Source: Paraspadella gotoi (lineage: Eukaryota; Animalia; Chaetognatha). Taken from it: a stretch of DNA of 64,000 nt. The notes below the pieces were generated by a model. It saw only the letters and a program-made list of their open reading frames with translations. It was not told the origin of the DNA and searched no databases. The DNA is taken from assembly GCA_051294375.1 (NCBI GenBank), contig CM119265.1:17776403-17840402 (forward strand), given 5' to 3'. Of this stretch, positions 12,407 to 38,345 are shown one piece after another; position 1 is the first letter of the stretch, and every line of letters starts with the position of its first letter. The translations under genes and the position numbers were made by a program.

Positions 12407-14273
12407 GAGAAAAAAAGTCCAAGAGGAGGGGAAAAAGTCAAAAGCAGGGGAGACGAACGACATCGAAATCCGTAAATCCGTAAATCGGTGGTGGTCAGGG
12501 TGGTAAAATCGTCAGTGTGATTAAGTAAATTATTTTTCCGTTATGATGATGACATCGTCGTCGTCGTCGTCGTCGTCGTCGTATGTGTGACCGTCGTCGA
12601 CGTTAGGGGCCAACGAGCGCGAAATAGAGAGAAGAAAAATCCAGTTTCGGTTGCATGAAATTTAAATATGAAAGAAAAAATAAAGCGGTCAGAAAAAAAG
12701 AAGTCGGGGGGGGGGGAAAGAGAAGAGAGAGAAGTGAAAAAAGGAAAGAATATGAGAGAGGGAAAGAAAGAGTACAAGGGGTAGAGGGAGGAAGGGTACG
12801 GAATATGAAAGTGGGAAGAACTGAAAAATATCGGAGAACCGAATGAACGGGATTTCGCTTTTCGAAAGGAGGAAAGCAAAATCATCGGTTTTATGAATAT
12901 ATTTTTGATACTTAAATTTGACTCGGTAAATGTTGACATTTTTTTTGTTGTGAAGGTTCAAAAGAATTAGCTTCTACTATATAGATTTCAATTGTAGTAT
13001 GACATGCCGTCATGCAAAATCATGCGCAGAATCACCTTTTTGTTTTAATTATGTAATTATGTCCACAGTATATTAATTATTTATATATCATCACAGAGGA
13101 ATCAGAACCGGAATTGATATTGATTTTGTAACAGAGAAATAATTCTCTCTCTCTCTCTCTCTCTCTCTCCTCTCCTCTCTCTCTCCTCTCCCCTCTTCTC
13201 TCTCTCTCTTCTCTCTCTCTCTCTCTCTCTCTCTTCCCCGCCTCGCCCGTGCTAAAAAGTTTATTCAAGTAAATAAAAAAGAAATAGAAAGAGCTTTTTA
13301 TGATACTAAGAATGCGAAGTAAATTAATGGTATTATTAAAGAACGCTGTTTTTTTTTAAATTTGAAATGTTTTAAATGGAAAAAAGTGATTGATCGAAAT
13401 TAAGAAAATGTTTTGAAAAAGGGATGAAGGGAAATAAGTACTCACAGCCTTCGATCGCTGCGTGACATTTCGATTACACGAGTCAAAATTATTTGTATAT
13501 TTTTTGTTTTTTTGTTAAACAGAAGTAGAGAGAGGATATAAGCGAGAGTGGGTTTCAGTCGGTGAATATAGGATAGAACAAACGTTCGAATATGTATAAA
13601 TGCATATGAACACATAAAACGTTTACTGGTTAATTTTTAGTTAAGACTTTCAAGGTTGCTCGCCGGTACCTGCATAAACCGGATGTTTCAGGATCGCCAT
13701 AGCAATAGCTTCGGATTTTTTACTGATTGCCTGAAAATGTTATAAATATACAATCGATCTTTAGTTCGATGACGATCTTGCTTATTTTAATACTTTTTTT
13801 TTTTTATTTATTTGTATTTCTTTTAAATAATATTTTTTATTTTTTGTCACCTGTAATAAGGCATCTTGGACGTTGGAGGCGGAGCATCGATTAAGAAGAA
13901 GCTCCACCACCTGGAAAGTTCGCACAGAGAAGAAAGGATAATTAGATTTTGACGTCGTTGCTGATGAGGAGGATGATGATGACGATGATGATGATGATGA
14001 TGATGATGATTACGATGCTAATGATAATGATAAACAAACCTCGACATGTTGTCCATCTACGGCTAATCGCAAGGCGCTTCGCCCCAATAAATCCACAACG
14101 TCTACGTTTAAATCCGGAAAATCTGAAACCGAAAAAAAAAGTCGGTTGAGTGAAAGTGAAAGTGAGTAAAGCACCTTACCTTTCCACACCTTACCTTTGA
14201 GCAGGGATCGAAGGCGGACAAAATCCCCCGTTTCTGCTGCTTGAAGAAAATCGTGTTCCTCCTTGGAAAGTTG
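6919..14273 (-). CDS. TRPC: TRPC (canonical transient receptor potential) channel, N-terminal half: ankyrin repeats, TRP_2 zinc-binding region, pre-S1
   Basis: Exons 14273-14195, 14122-14040, 13910-13851, 13730-13670, ~11222-11171, 11100-10980, 10719-10588, 7539-7475, 7371-7263, 7176-7099 and 7005-6919. They splice to [17 protein letters not shown]...[13 protein letters not shown]...DALLQAI...[14 protein letters not shown]...[36 protein letters not shown]...[32 protein letters not shown]...[15 protein letters not shown], which are diagnostic TRPC motifs. The start exon and the S1-S6 exons were not found. Confidence 0.93.
9005..9218. repeat. ~22-bp minisatellite (ATTGATGCGATGATAATCATTC-like) in a TRPC intron
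   Basis: About 9 tandem imperfect copies, with the unit drifting from ...ATAACCAAT to ...ATAATCATTC. Confidence 0.85.
12019..12071. repeat. (GAC)n microsatellite
   Basis: Uninterrupted CGA/GAC run of about 17 units. Confidence 0.9.
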
Positions 14274-15749
14274 CTGTAATATGAAATTTAACATTTAACA
14301 GAGGGAAATTAAAAACAATTTATCCTTAGACAAGTACTTTTTTAAATCTTTATTTTCAGTTTCTCAAAAAGGACTACTTTAGACCCTCTGTTAGATGAAT
14401 ATTTTTTTTCAGTTTTAGGTTTTTAAATATTCCGCAACCAACCATCTCGAGAAAAAAATATGAATGAGCAAAGTACACGAATAGAAAAAACTTTTTTGGG
14501 GCAAAAGTTTTTTCCCAAAATAAATGTTTCTTTTTTTTTTATTCAGGCCCACGAGGATGAGAAAATGTTTATGGTCCTCGCGAAAATCCATCAACTTTTT
14601 ACGATTCTTTGAGGAACTCTCTAGTTTTTTGGTTATCCAATATCCGTCCATTCTTTTTCGCTCATAAATCCAAAATCGGGAAAAAAATCTTAAAAAAAAC
14701 CCGCCACTTTGCGCACAAAAATGTGGCAAAAATATCGATTGATGTTTGTACAAATCTTTCTACATTTTCTTTTGTGTCTTTCTTCAATAATGACTCAAAA
14801 TTACCATCCGCTCATGAAGTTTCAATCCTTTCATCGATCCATGACGATCACAGACATATATAATTTATATGATAAGTAAGTTATTCGTTAATAACGCAGG
14901 GGTTAGTAATTAAAAAAAAGACATCTTCCCCCCCAGCTTTCTCAGCTTGAACGCCTCGCATAAAAACCGGCGAGACAAGTCGTTCAGTTCGCAACAGAAA
15001 TCGAATTTTCCTTTACTTTTTTTTTTCATATATTCGTCGAAAAGCAGAAGCTTCTGACCCGAAACTTATTTATTCGGTTTTCGCCTCCCGTTTTAAAGGT
15101 GAGGTATAAAAAAATAGAGACCTCGAGAGGAAATTCATCGAAATTCATCGATGTTTCGAATTTGGGTTCATGTGGTAAAAAAAGGGAGGAGAGAAGTTTT
15201 CCGTTATATTTCCTTTCTATTCGGGCCTTCGATGCGTGAGGAATCCTTGGTTTCCCAGACTTCGGAAGTCTTGGATTTATTCGCGGAAATGACCCTTTTG
15301 TTCTTTGGTCGGGCAAATGCGGTTATTTCATGAAACTCGTACACTGTACACTGTGTACAGTAGAGTGGAGAACTGGGGAACATAAATTTTATTTGAGTGA
15401 ACAAACTAGGATATTTAGACGTGAGATAGTATGATTAAAGCGTCAAAAAACTATTTGCTTATATTGTTTGGGGAACAGTAGTATTAATTACCATATATGT
15501 ATAGTAATATCCTTACAAAATAATAAATTTTCAAAATATTTTTAAAAAAATTTTTATTAAAGATTCTGATTTTTCATAAAAAAGGTAGATCAAAAATATA
15601 AAATATGTTATTAAAAATTCCGATGTTTTCAGCGTCAAAAATGGAAAATAATATCAAAATTCTTCACTTTTCACGCTCTGTAGTAGAAACTATTATATGA
15701 TAAAACGTTTTAATAATTTTTCGCTATTGGTGACAGCCACAATCTAGTT

Positions 15750-15965
15750 AGTCGATGACGTCATCATCATTCACCGCCATTGGCGTTGGCGTACTTTCGG
15801 AATCGTCGTGCAGTTCTGTTATCATCTCTATACGCATCATTCGTTTCTGGTTCGTCTTCCGGCGTCATCCGTCCGGAAGTGACGGAGACAGCGTCTCTTG
15901 TGAGGCCAAGAAATCTCGGCATTTCTTGGTTTTACCGGAAAGCGACGCGACGTGACGGAGCGGGG
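15750..15965. promoter_or_regulatory. Candidate promoter/CpG-rich element upstream of TRPC
   Basis: Perfect CRE palindrome TGACGTCA at 15756-15763, ETS/GABP site CCGGAAGT at 15873-15880, and further CCGGAA/TTCCGG and TGACG half-sites, all in a GC-rich patch within AT-rich DNA. Confidence 0.4.
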
Positions 15966-16239
15966 TTAGGGTGAGGACATAAATGGGGGCCGAAGTGGGA
16001 GAGTCAATTCGTATGGATCGGGTTTCGATAAGTTTACAGTCTACAACTTCGAAGAATACGGTAAAAAAATCTTATGTTATATTACAATGATATGTTACCA
16101 TTTTTTCCTGCCCACCTCCCGGACTCTTCCTGACCGGGATTGAGATTCCCAAGGCCGAAACCAAAGACCGACATTAAAATGAAGGACGAACAATGGGAGA
16201 AGTGGAATCGGTGGAAGAGAGAGATAACCTACTTCCAAC

Positions 16240-16289
<50 letters not shown>

Positions 16290-18049
16290 TAATTATTAGA
16301 ATGAACTATTAATTAACTAATAACTAACGAAGTTTTTAAAGCAAGTATATCTGTTATTTTTCATTAGCTTTTGTAAACATACTTATTAATAGACACTTTC
16401 TGGGTTTAGTTAAAAAAAAATCCTAAAAGATATTGTTTAAAAAATGAATTTGCAACCAGATCGGTTCCCGAAACCTTTTGGTTCTCTCGTGGGACACCCC
16501 TTTCAAAGTGATGGCGTCCTTTAAAGATGGCACCGTTCGTTCCCACAGAACGATGATTCCAGAAAGGAGCCCCCCCCCTCAAAATCATGAAATATCAAAC
16601 CTTCGAAATAAAAAATAAAAAATGAAATCGGAGAGATGCTTTTCCCCTCAGACCCGCACGTGACTTGTATTCCTTTATGAAATTGGTACAACCAATATAA
16701 AAATTATCCACTCATTTAATAAATAAGCTATCTTGCCCCTGACTTTGGACAGGCTTTGGTGGTTTAAGGCCTCCATCACTCTTACAAGATAATGACATAG
16801 CAGGTCCCTATCACGGAACTCTCTTAACTTCGTCTCCCGGCCCCAACGAAAGTAGGGGATCCCAAAAGGGCGACCGCGTTTTCGCCCCAAACATTAATTA
16901 TCGGGCGAAGGTGCGACAAACGCCTACTTGGCGTGACGTCTCTCTCTCTCTGCGGAAGCGACGGAGAAATTGACGGAAGACGCGGGCGACGGTCCGGCTA
17001 TCTTGCTTCATTTTAATTCAAGCCCGTCGCTGTCTTTAAGATCTTTAAATTATGTAGATAGTAATAATTATGAGAGAGTACGAGATTCTTATTAGTTTGA
17101 TTTACTCGTTATACGGTTCCATTTTCCTGTGTTTCTTCTCAATTTCCCCATCGGGCCATCCTAATAAATTCTTTTTATTATGCCTTCGGCCAACCTTACC
17201 AACCAACATATACTTTTGCTTGTACGCACCTTTCCTTAACACTTTTTACCCCTCAGAATTGTTTTTTCCGTTTGTCCCCACATCGCTTAACGCGGGGCAA
17301 CCGAGCGATTTATTTCGCCTTTTAACCGGAAAGAGCGAGGGCGCCGCCCCCTCACGGCACGAGTTTTTTTTTTCCTTTTGAGCCAAAGGTTACGACGACG
17401 ACGTCCTTTTTATTTGCGAGACGACCGACCTGACGGTTATTTAATTTAACGGTCAAAAATTGCGGTTTTCTCTCATTTGGGGATAATATGTAATAATTCG
17501 TGTTAAACTGACGCACAAATTTGATTTCAAACACTTGGGAGACTAAATTTAGAGATGTGTAAATTTGCAGATCCACTTTTGGAGCATGAATGCCGAAAAA
17601 AAAAACAGAACATTTTCTCGCCATCGAATCGTAGATTTACTAAATATTCTCCTAAATCTCTTTAATGATCTAAGGAACAACTTAATAAGACAAATAATCC
17701 GAACAACAAACATTTCCCAAACCGTACGCAAAGGGCTCCGACCCATTCGTTACCGTAACATAGTAGTAATCGGTGGGAAAACAAAAGAGAAAAAGCCGGC
17801 GTTAATTTGTCTCGTCGCGACGGGCAGCGACTTCCGGCGTTGTTTTTCCGAGGCTAAAAGCGCGCCCCTAGGGTCTTGTCCTTTTCTTTGGGAGCCTCCT
17901 TTTGAACGAGTGGCATAAAAACATATGGGAACGATGGGACAGAGGAGGAGAAGAAGGGGGGCGATGCTGGGGAGGAAAGGGGAAGAGGAGGAGGAGGAGA
18001 GAGGGATGAGAGAGAAAATAGACGCGAAAGAAAAGTGAGGAAAAACATA

Positions 18050-20584
18050 TCCATCGGAGGGGGCGCGCGCATAGAAAACGGCGGTTATGGTTATTCGGCG
18101 GAGCGAAAAGACGGCGGGGTTGCAACGGCGGGAGGAAAGCGGAGGGGTTCGGTAAAGAGTAAGTGCCTCTAAAGGTTGGCGGTAAGAAGATTTCAACGGT
18201 GACGGCGGCGTTCGCTGAGCGTATCCGCTAATCCATGCAATCCGGTCAAAATTTTGCAAAAACTAATAAAAGATTTATACAAAATATTTTAAAAAGTATT
18301 GAATATTTTCTATTAATTCTTTTCCGTCATTGGCATCTTTTTAGCAACAAGGCTATCATCTGAGCCTCCCTTTCCCTTTCCCTTCGCCCAACCGCGTCTG
18401 CGCACCCCAGATTGGTTCGATTGGATCGATGGTCGCCCCCTCTGGGAGCTTCCGTTTTCTAGATACACATACCGATGCATAACGCACGCGCAAAAGTCTT
18501 TATACTCGTCGTGCATGGTCAATTCTGCTCGCCTTGGTTGACATCAGGGCAATAGATATCGGGTTGGATCCAGAAAATGGCTAATTGCTGTCACGGTCCA
18601 GCTCAATGGCGTTGCTAAAAATCCCTTTCCAAACACTTTTTCTCGTCGGAATCGCCTCCCACACTCTAGTTCTCACCCCATTCTCCCCCGCCTTTCCTCC
18701 TCTGTTTTCTGAGATCGTGCATTGATTCCCCACTTCGCGGCCTTTTCTCTTGCGACCCCTTTTTTTTTTCTCCTCTTCGGATTCAAGTGTTTGTTTCTTC
18801 CCGCCCTTACTTCTCAACCTACCACCTTTTTCCGTTCGACTCGCTCTCACCCCAACCCCCCCAAACGACGCGACGTTTCTTCCATCTGCCAGAGACACTT
18901 TATCTTTGGACTCGAGTTTTTCAAACGGTTCTCGTGTCTCGGCGGCTGGCGGCGGCCCTCGCATTCGTTCCTCCCTGGGCGCCAGTGCCTCCCCGGGCGC
19001 CATCTCTTTCGTCCGAACCACAGCGACCCCGTAAACGGGCGGCGCTCCAACCAGCGGCGTCTGTTTAACGAGGGTGCGCCCGCCGATTCGATGTTTTACG
19101 TCGCGTATTTCCCGGCGTCGATGCCGATCCGCGGCACCGAATGGAAACGAAACGCAATTAAAAGGAAATTAAAACTGAAAACAAAACCGAAGCCGAGGAG
19201 CGTTTCCTTTTTGTTTTTTTTTTCCTTTTCAGATTCGATTAGTTTCGTCCGGCGTCCGACTAATCGAGATATTTTCCGAAGGCATCGCCATGTTTTCTAG
19301 TTCTCTCTTTCGTCCTTCTTATNNNNNNNNNNNNNNNNNNNNNNNNNGAGAGAAAATAGACGCGAAAGAAAAGTGAGGAAAAACATAAAGAGGACGAAAG
19401 AGAGAGCTAGAAAACATGGCGATGCCTTCGGAAAATATCTCGATTAGTCGGACGCCGACGAAACTAATCGAATCTGAAAAGGAAAAAAAACAACAAAAAA
19501 ANNNNNNNNNNNNNNNNNNNNNNNNNNNNNNNNNNNNNNNNNNNNNNNNNNNNNNNNNNNNNNNNNNNNNNNNNNNNNNNNNNNNNNNNNNNNNNNNNNN
19601 NNNNNNNNNNNNNNNNNNNNNNNNNNNNNNNNNNNNNNNNNNNNNNNNNNNNNNNNNNNNNNNNNNNNNNNNNNNNNNNNNNNNNNNNNNNNNNNNNNNN
19701 NNNNNNNNNNNNNNNNNNNNNNNNNNNNNNNNNNNNNNNNNNNNNNNNNNNNNNNNNNNNNNNNNNNNNNNNCCGCCGAGACAACGAGACCGTTTGAAAA
19801 CTCGATCAAATAAATGTCGGCGATAAAGAACGGTCGCTCGTTGGGGGGTTGGGTGAGGCGAATCGAACGGAAAAGGTGGTAGGTTGAGAGGTAAGGGCGG
19901 GGAAAGAACAAACACTTGATCCGAAGAGGAGAAAAAAAAACGGGGTCGCAAGAGAAAAGGCGCGAAGTGGGGAATCAATCACGATCTAGAAAACAGAGGA
20001 GGAAAGGCGGGGGAGATGGGGTGAGAACTAGAGTGTGGAGGCGGATTCCGACAGAGAAAAGTGTTGGAAAAGGGATTTTTACAACGCCATTGCTGACCGT
20101 CAGATTCATTTTCTGGATCCAACCCGATATCTATTTGCCTGATGTCAACCAGCGAGGCAGAATTCATTGCTACAATAAAGACTTTGCCGTCGTTTCATCG
20201 AGGACAAAACGAAAGTCCCAGAAGGGCGACATCGGTCCAATCGAACCATCTGGGGTGCAGACGCGTTGCGAGGAAAGGGAAAGGGAGCTCAAGATGATAC
20301 CTTGTTGCCTAAAAAGATGCCAATGACGGAAGATTAATAGAAAAATATTCAATACTTTTAAAATATTTTATAAATCTTTTATTAATTTTTCTAATTTTGA
20401 CCGGATTGCATGGATTAGCGGATACGCTCACGAACGCCGCCGTCACTTGAAATCTTCTACCGCCACCTTTAGCGGACTCTACCTCTTTACCACCCCCGCT
20501 TCCGCCGTTTGCAACCCCGCCGTCTTTTCCTCCGCCGATAAACCATAACCGCCGTTTTCTATCGCGCGCCCCCTCCCGGATGGA
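18050..20584. repeat. Large imperfect inverted repeat (fold-back) centred on the 25-N gap at 19323-19347
   Basis: 19389-19500 is the reverse complement of ~19205-19322, and 19773-20584 is the reverse complement of ~18050-18945, with many small indels. Confidence 0.9.
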
Positions 20585-21928
20585 AACCGTCGGGAACGGA
20601 TGTAGCGCCGTCTCGTGGTTGAGGTTTTTACGTCGGACGTAAAAGTCGAAGAGACGACGCTTTTCGCGCGTCGCTGGGACACGCCGCAACGCGGACGCCG
20701 TAACGAATTTTGCCGACTGTCACCCGCAAGTGTTTAAGATACTTATTATAACCGGCAAAACAATATTTTCGTTCCCAATATATTGTTAAAATTACAAATT
20801 TTTAAATCTCAGTAAAATCTACGTTTTTAAAATAATTTCTTAAACTAATTAAAATATTAATCAAAACGAAAAAACTCACCACTTCCTTTTCCTTGTCGAA
20901 ATCCATGCTTAGCTGATTTCCGACCATTTTTTCGTCTCCTGTAATAAAAAAAGCAAAGTGGGAATTAATTGGAAGAATAAGTGATTGTTAAGCAAAATCA
21001 TTGGAGCATTTTCGACGAGAAACATTCCAAAGCAAACGAGGCGAGGGGCTTGACAAACTCCANNNNNNNNNNNNNNNNNNNNNNNNNNNNNNNNNNNNNN
21101 NNNNNNNNNNNNNNNNNNNNNNNNNNNNNNNNNNNNNNNNNNNNNNNNNNNNNNNNNNNNNNNNNNNNNNNNNNNNNNNNNNNNNNNNNNNNNNNNNNNN
21201 NNNNNNNNNNNNNNNNNNNNNNNNNNNNNNNNNNNNNNNNNNNNNNNNNNNNNNNNNNNNNNNNNNNNNNNNNNNNNNNNNNNNNNNNNNNNNNNNNNNN
21301 NNNNNNNNNNNNNNNNNNNNNNNNNNNNNNNNNNNNNNNNNNNNNNNNNNNNNNNNNNNNNNNNNNNNNNNNNNNNNNNNNNNNNNNNNNNNNNNNNNNN
21401 NNNNNNNNNNNNNNNNNNNNNNNNNNNNNNNNNNNNNNNNNNNNNNNNNNNNNNNNNNNNNNNNNNNNNNNNNNNNNNNNNNNNNNNNNNNNNNNNNNNN
21501 NNNNNNNNNNNNNNNNNNNNNNNNNNNNNNNNNNNNNNNNNNNNNNNNNNNNNNNNNNNNNNNNNNNNNNNNNNNNNNNNNNNNNNNNNNNNNNNNNNNN
21601 NNNNNNNNNNNNNNNNNNNNNNNNNNNNNNNNNNNNNNNNNNNNNNNNNNNNNNNNNNNNNNNNNNNNNNNNNNNNNNNNNNNNNNNNNNNNNNNNNNNN
21701 NNNNNNNNNNNNNNNNNNNNNNNNNNNNNNNNNNNNNNNNNNNNNNNNNNNNNNNNNNNNNNNNNNNNNNNNNNNNNNNNNNNNNNNNNNNNNNNNNNNN
21801 NNNNNNNNNNNNNNNNNNNNNNNNNNNNNNNNNNNNNNNNNNNNNNNNNNNNNNNNNNNNNNNNNNNNNNNNNNNNNNNNNNNNNNNNNNNNNNNNNNNN
21901 NNNNNNNNNNNNNNNNNNNNNNNNNNNN

Positions 21929-24443
21929 TGCTTTCCTCTACTTTCCAACAAATCACAAGGATTTTAGATGATTATCTTCCTCGTTTAAGAGGCTAATTTT
22001 TGCATATTTTAAAAGCCTCTTCACGCGTTAAAGGCCCGGAAGCAGTCCTCCACAGCCCGGCCCTAATTTAATCGGGGTTACGATGCGTGACACCGAACGT
22101 TGTCGCAGGCGACGATATGACATGGCTCCTTTTGGCATTGCGCACAACGGAAATTAAATTCCAATAATCGGTCGAAAACGGGGATAGGGAAAAAACTCCT
22201 TGTGTCGAGCGCAAGCTATTTCCGAGAAACGCCCCTTATTTCCCCCGCAACCCGCTGCCACTCTAGTAGCGCCATCGCGTTCGAAAACCGGCATCTGCAG
22301 CGCGCCTGACGCCGCCAGCGCCGCTCTCCGCTCGCGCCACGGCGTCTCGCTTCGCACGAACGAATTTCGTCCGGTATCGTGAGAGCGCCGGTTTTTCTTC
22401 AAAGATCGCGTCGGCTAATGACGGATAATGGCGGAGGATTAGGGGCGAAGGATGAGAAGGAAGAAAGTGAGAAAGTGAAAATGGGGGAAGACGGATGAAT
22501 TAAGAATTTAAGAAAAGGGTTTGGGAAAAATGGTAGAAGAATGGGAGTTGTTATAAAAATCGATAGAAAGTTAAAAAGTTTGAAAGCGAGACGAGAAAGT
22601 TTTGTTTGAAAGTAAAAAACTGTTTTTCCTAAATCCAACGAAAAGAGAGAAAATAATACAAAGAGAAAGTTTTAATAATTTGTCTTGGTTTTTAACGAAT
22701 TTACACTTACATGAAAAACTGATTAATTTAATTTATTTTTTCAAACGCCTTTTGCTAACTACGTAATGATAATCTATCGCTGCAATCTTTGCACACTCCG
22801 TTGACTTCGAATATTTCCTCCAGGTTTAATTTTTACTTACTTTTCTTAAGCAAATTTAACGCGCTCGACCTCACCTTTCAAAGTCTTCCCATCCTCTACT
22901 TGATCCCCTTCTCCGTCTGTTTTCTGAGAACCGGAAGCGTCGGTTGCGTCAGCGCCGCCGCCGCCGCCGCCAAACCCGTCGCCTGGTAACCAAATTCGAA
23001 AAATTTCGATTAAACTCGCTGAGTTTATATTCAGTTTTTTTGTATATGAAATTGATGACGCAAATGACGGGAAATTATTAATGTTCGCTTGACTCTGGAA
23101 AGTCGACGTTGATTAAAAATCCTTCTCTGAATGTCAAACGTTCATATTGCTCTTCTCTGCCGCTCTTGTCGATACCAATGATTTTCTTTCCTAGAAAGTC
23201 ACAAAGAAACCTTATTTTGTGGCACCCTTGACAAAAAAGAAAGAATGACAAAAAAAGACATAAAAGAAAGAAATGAAAAAATAAAAATAAAAGAAAGAAA
23301 AGAAGAAAAGAAAGAAAAAAGAAATAATGCAAGAGAAAAACAAAGAGAGAACATTTAACTGAAAATTACCCCGTAATCGTTGACATTATGAGTCCCAGAA
23401 GAAAGAAATCGCAATCATAACGAGAAGAAAGTCGGAAGTCAGATTGGATAAAAACAACTTTTTTCTTTTGAAGATCATTCTTCTGGGACCAGTCCTCCAA
23501 TTTCTCTCTCTCATCTCTCTCTCCTCCTCTCTCTCGTCTCTCTCTCTCTCTCTCTCGTCATCTCCCTCCTCATCTCTCTCTCGTCTCTCTCTCTCTCTGG
23601 TCTTTCCCCTCGATTTCAGCTTCACGTCCCCCTCTCATCTCTGTCCCTGCGTGGCCATCCTTGGCCAAGATTAATCTGGGCCCAACGGAGCTTTTAAAGA
23701 CATCGTAAAGAGTCTCTCGTTACACCGAGTCCCACCAAACCCTCTATTATTCTCCGACTTTCTCTCTTTCGATCTCTGAATTGATTCTTCTATTTTTTTT
23801 TTCCCCAGATCCCCGGCCGTTAGATTATTTTGGCTAATTGTCTGTATTCTTTTCTTTATTGGATTTGGCATCTTTAATATTCTTTTTCTTATTCTTGCTC
23901 TTTCCTCACCTGATTGGAATCCGAGGTTAACGTTCGTGGAATCAGACTTGGGGTTTATCAGCTTCTCTCGGAGTGAAAGATCGTCCCTGAAAATGAAAGT
24001 ATAAATCAAAGTTATTGAATAAGTTTTGTACTCTACGATTTGATTAAAAGATTGTAAAACATTATTAAATCGATTATTTTAATAAAAAAAAATTAGGATA
24101 TTAGATAAAATTATACTATGACACTTATTTTTAGGCCGTAATCGTCAAAAACTTTAAAACGGCAATATGCAAATGAATTAAAATTCAAATCTCCCATGTA
24201 CCTCTCCGCGAATTGAACCCTCTTAACTCCTTCCGCTTTAATTTCCCTTTCTTCTCCCCACTTTTCTTTCTCTCCTTCTTTTAAATCTTCCTCTTCCTTT
24301 CCTTTCTTTTTCTTCTTTCCCTTCTTCTCCTCCTCCTCTCCCTCCGTCGCCCTGTAGTTGTGAAGAAAGGGCAGAGTCTGGTAAGGATTGGCGTCGAAGG
24401 GCGTCGCCAGCGCCGTCACGACTTGCGGCGCCGCCTGTTCGCA
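21929..24443 (+). repeat. Segment B copy 1 (direct repeat of 30566-33094)
   Basis: Both copies start TGCTTTCCTCTACTTTCCAACAAATCAC directly after an N gap. The first ~380 bp look identical; the remainder differ by frequent 1-2 bp indels. Confidence 0.92.
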
Positions 24444-24469
24444 TACCTCCTCTCTTCATTCTCTCTCTC

Positions 24470-29066
<4,597 letters not shown>

Positions 29067-29091
29067 NNNNNNNNNNNNNNNNNNNNNNNNN

Positions 29092-29254
29092 TTCTGACCG
29101 ACAACGCGTAAATATATTTATGCAAAGCTTGGACGATAGTAAAGAATATATAATGTATATATTATAGAGTGTCTCCCTTTAATTTTACTTCTTTTAAATC
29201 TGTGAACTGCCGCCAATTTTGCTCTCACTCTTCCTTTCAATGATGTTGTTGTCG

Positions 29255-29287
<33 letters not shown>

Positions 29288-30540
29288 TCGATTCCATCGA
29301 CGTCTCCGAAAGCGACGCCGTTCGAGACGCCGCCTCGCGAGGCCGCGCCGTAGAACGCCTCGTAACCGCTGAATAAGGCGGCGCCATGACAGGGGACGGT
29401 GGCGGATGCGACGCCGCTCGATGCAGCGCCGACCGATAAGCCGAACGGTACGGCGCCGCTTCCACGACGACGGAATATCCCGGCGCCGATCGACGCCGCG
29501 AGAGACGCCTAACGAGCGCGGCGGCGTCGCGGGGCCAAGGAGAAGAACGCCGCGTGGATGAAAAAGAGCGACCGGAAGTTGCGCCGGCGTTGGTGGCAGC
29601 GCCGCCCGCTTCGGCGGTGAAAAATGTTTCGACGGGAGCGGATTTTTTCGGCATTATTTATAATTATTTATTTTTATAAAAAATATGTATATTTTATACG
29701 ATATTAAAATTTAGTGCGCTTCAAACTCATGTCATGTTCGTTAACGCTTGTCATGGTATGGAGGTATGTTAAAAAACAAATGATTTTTTTTGTATTTACA
29801 AATAAAAGATATTTGTACATAAATTTAACGTATAAATTTTGTGACGAAAAAAAAAAATATTCAAGAGACATTTGCAGGTCGACGAGACGAGAATACGGAA
29901 ACGGCGATCCAGGGGATTAAAGGAAATAAAGGAAAAAATAANNNNNNNNNNAGAGAGAGAGAGAGAGAGAGTAATAAATGGGCGAATTTATTCTCCGAGG
30001 AGGTCGCGCAGGAAGGAAAAAAAAAAGGGAATCTCCCTCGTCGCCGAATTTCCGCCAAATTTTTCGGGCTAAATCTTTGAGAAACAAAATGTTTTTTTTT
30101 GTTTCTTCTTCGCCAAATTGTGTCATTTGTTTCTTTTATTTTCTTTCGTCGACGTCGAATGACGTCTTTTGTTTCATTTTTCCTTTTCTTTCTCGATGAG
30201 ACTCTTTCGTTTAGTTAAAAGTCGTTGGAGACTTCTTTATTTTTTTTTTCCCTTTTCGTCAATTGTTTTCAGAACGACGACGAGAATGAACAAAATACAG
30301 AATATAAGCGATAGTAAGTAATAAGCATATTACGCATAATCGCTAAAGAGAGAGGTACACAAGCTTTCTCGCTCATTATCACGGAGTTTTTCTCACGAGG
30401 GTGATACGCAATAACACGAAATTACGTAAAATCTAATTTTTCACATGAACGTTAGAGCTTTTTTTTGCCTTTTTTTGATTTTTTGGGTCTATTTTTAGCC
30501 TTCCATTTTCTATTACTACACAGTACACACCCTTTCTTAT
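29092..30540 (+). repeat. Third, error-rich partial copy of segment C (matches ~33243-34996)
   Basis: Collinear with 33243-34996, bounded by 25-N gaps on both sides, and forming a fold-back with 27166-28920. Confidence 0.9.
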
Positions 30541-30565
30541 NNNNNNNNNNNNNNNNNNNNNNNNN

Positions 30566-37654
<7,089 letters not shown>

Positions 37655-38231
37655 CGTTCGAGTACCGGAAACGCAAATAAAAAACAAGATTACACTCTGT
37701 TGTTGCTAAGGGAAAAAAAGTGGCGCATGCGCGATGGCGAGATGACGAGTTACGTGACAGTGTGGGTGAAGGGAGAGTGACGTGACGGGCGACGCTACGA
37801 GAAAGATTATAGTCAGATTATATGGTGACACATTATGTGACTGACTGTGAAAAGCTCCATAATAATACGTCGTTGAACGTCGCTAAGCAACAGTTTGTGA
37901 CAGTGACAATAAGAACTGCAACAATGTTTAGAAGTCATCGACACTCTTTCCATCGCCGATATCAATTGAACCTTCGTAAGAGAGTTCAATTTACGCGACG
38001 AACTAGCTTAATTACTATAATAATACGAAATTGAATTGATAAAAGTCCCGGATGTGGCTAAATTTTTATGGGTTCAGTACCACTCCTTTTCTTTGTTCGG
38101 CTCTGGCAGAAAAATGGAATTCCGTGCAACTCGGACCAGATTTGGGAATATAATCCCGCCGTATTTTTCATTTTTATGCGCCCGACGCGCCCTCTAAAGT
38201 CCTACTTTCTTTTGTTTTCAAACGCATTAAC

Positions 38232-38345
<114 letters not shown>

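Noticed and set aside
16125-16170. Hammerhead-like CTGA...stem...GAAAC (also CTGATGA at ~58468)
   Set aside because: The catalytic core is incomplete: CTGACCG instead of CTGANGA here, and GAGAC instead of GAAAC at 58468. No convincing stems I/III.
20981-21996. 300+ aa ORFs in the track
   Set aside because: Composed almost entirely of N gap (21063-21928).
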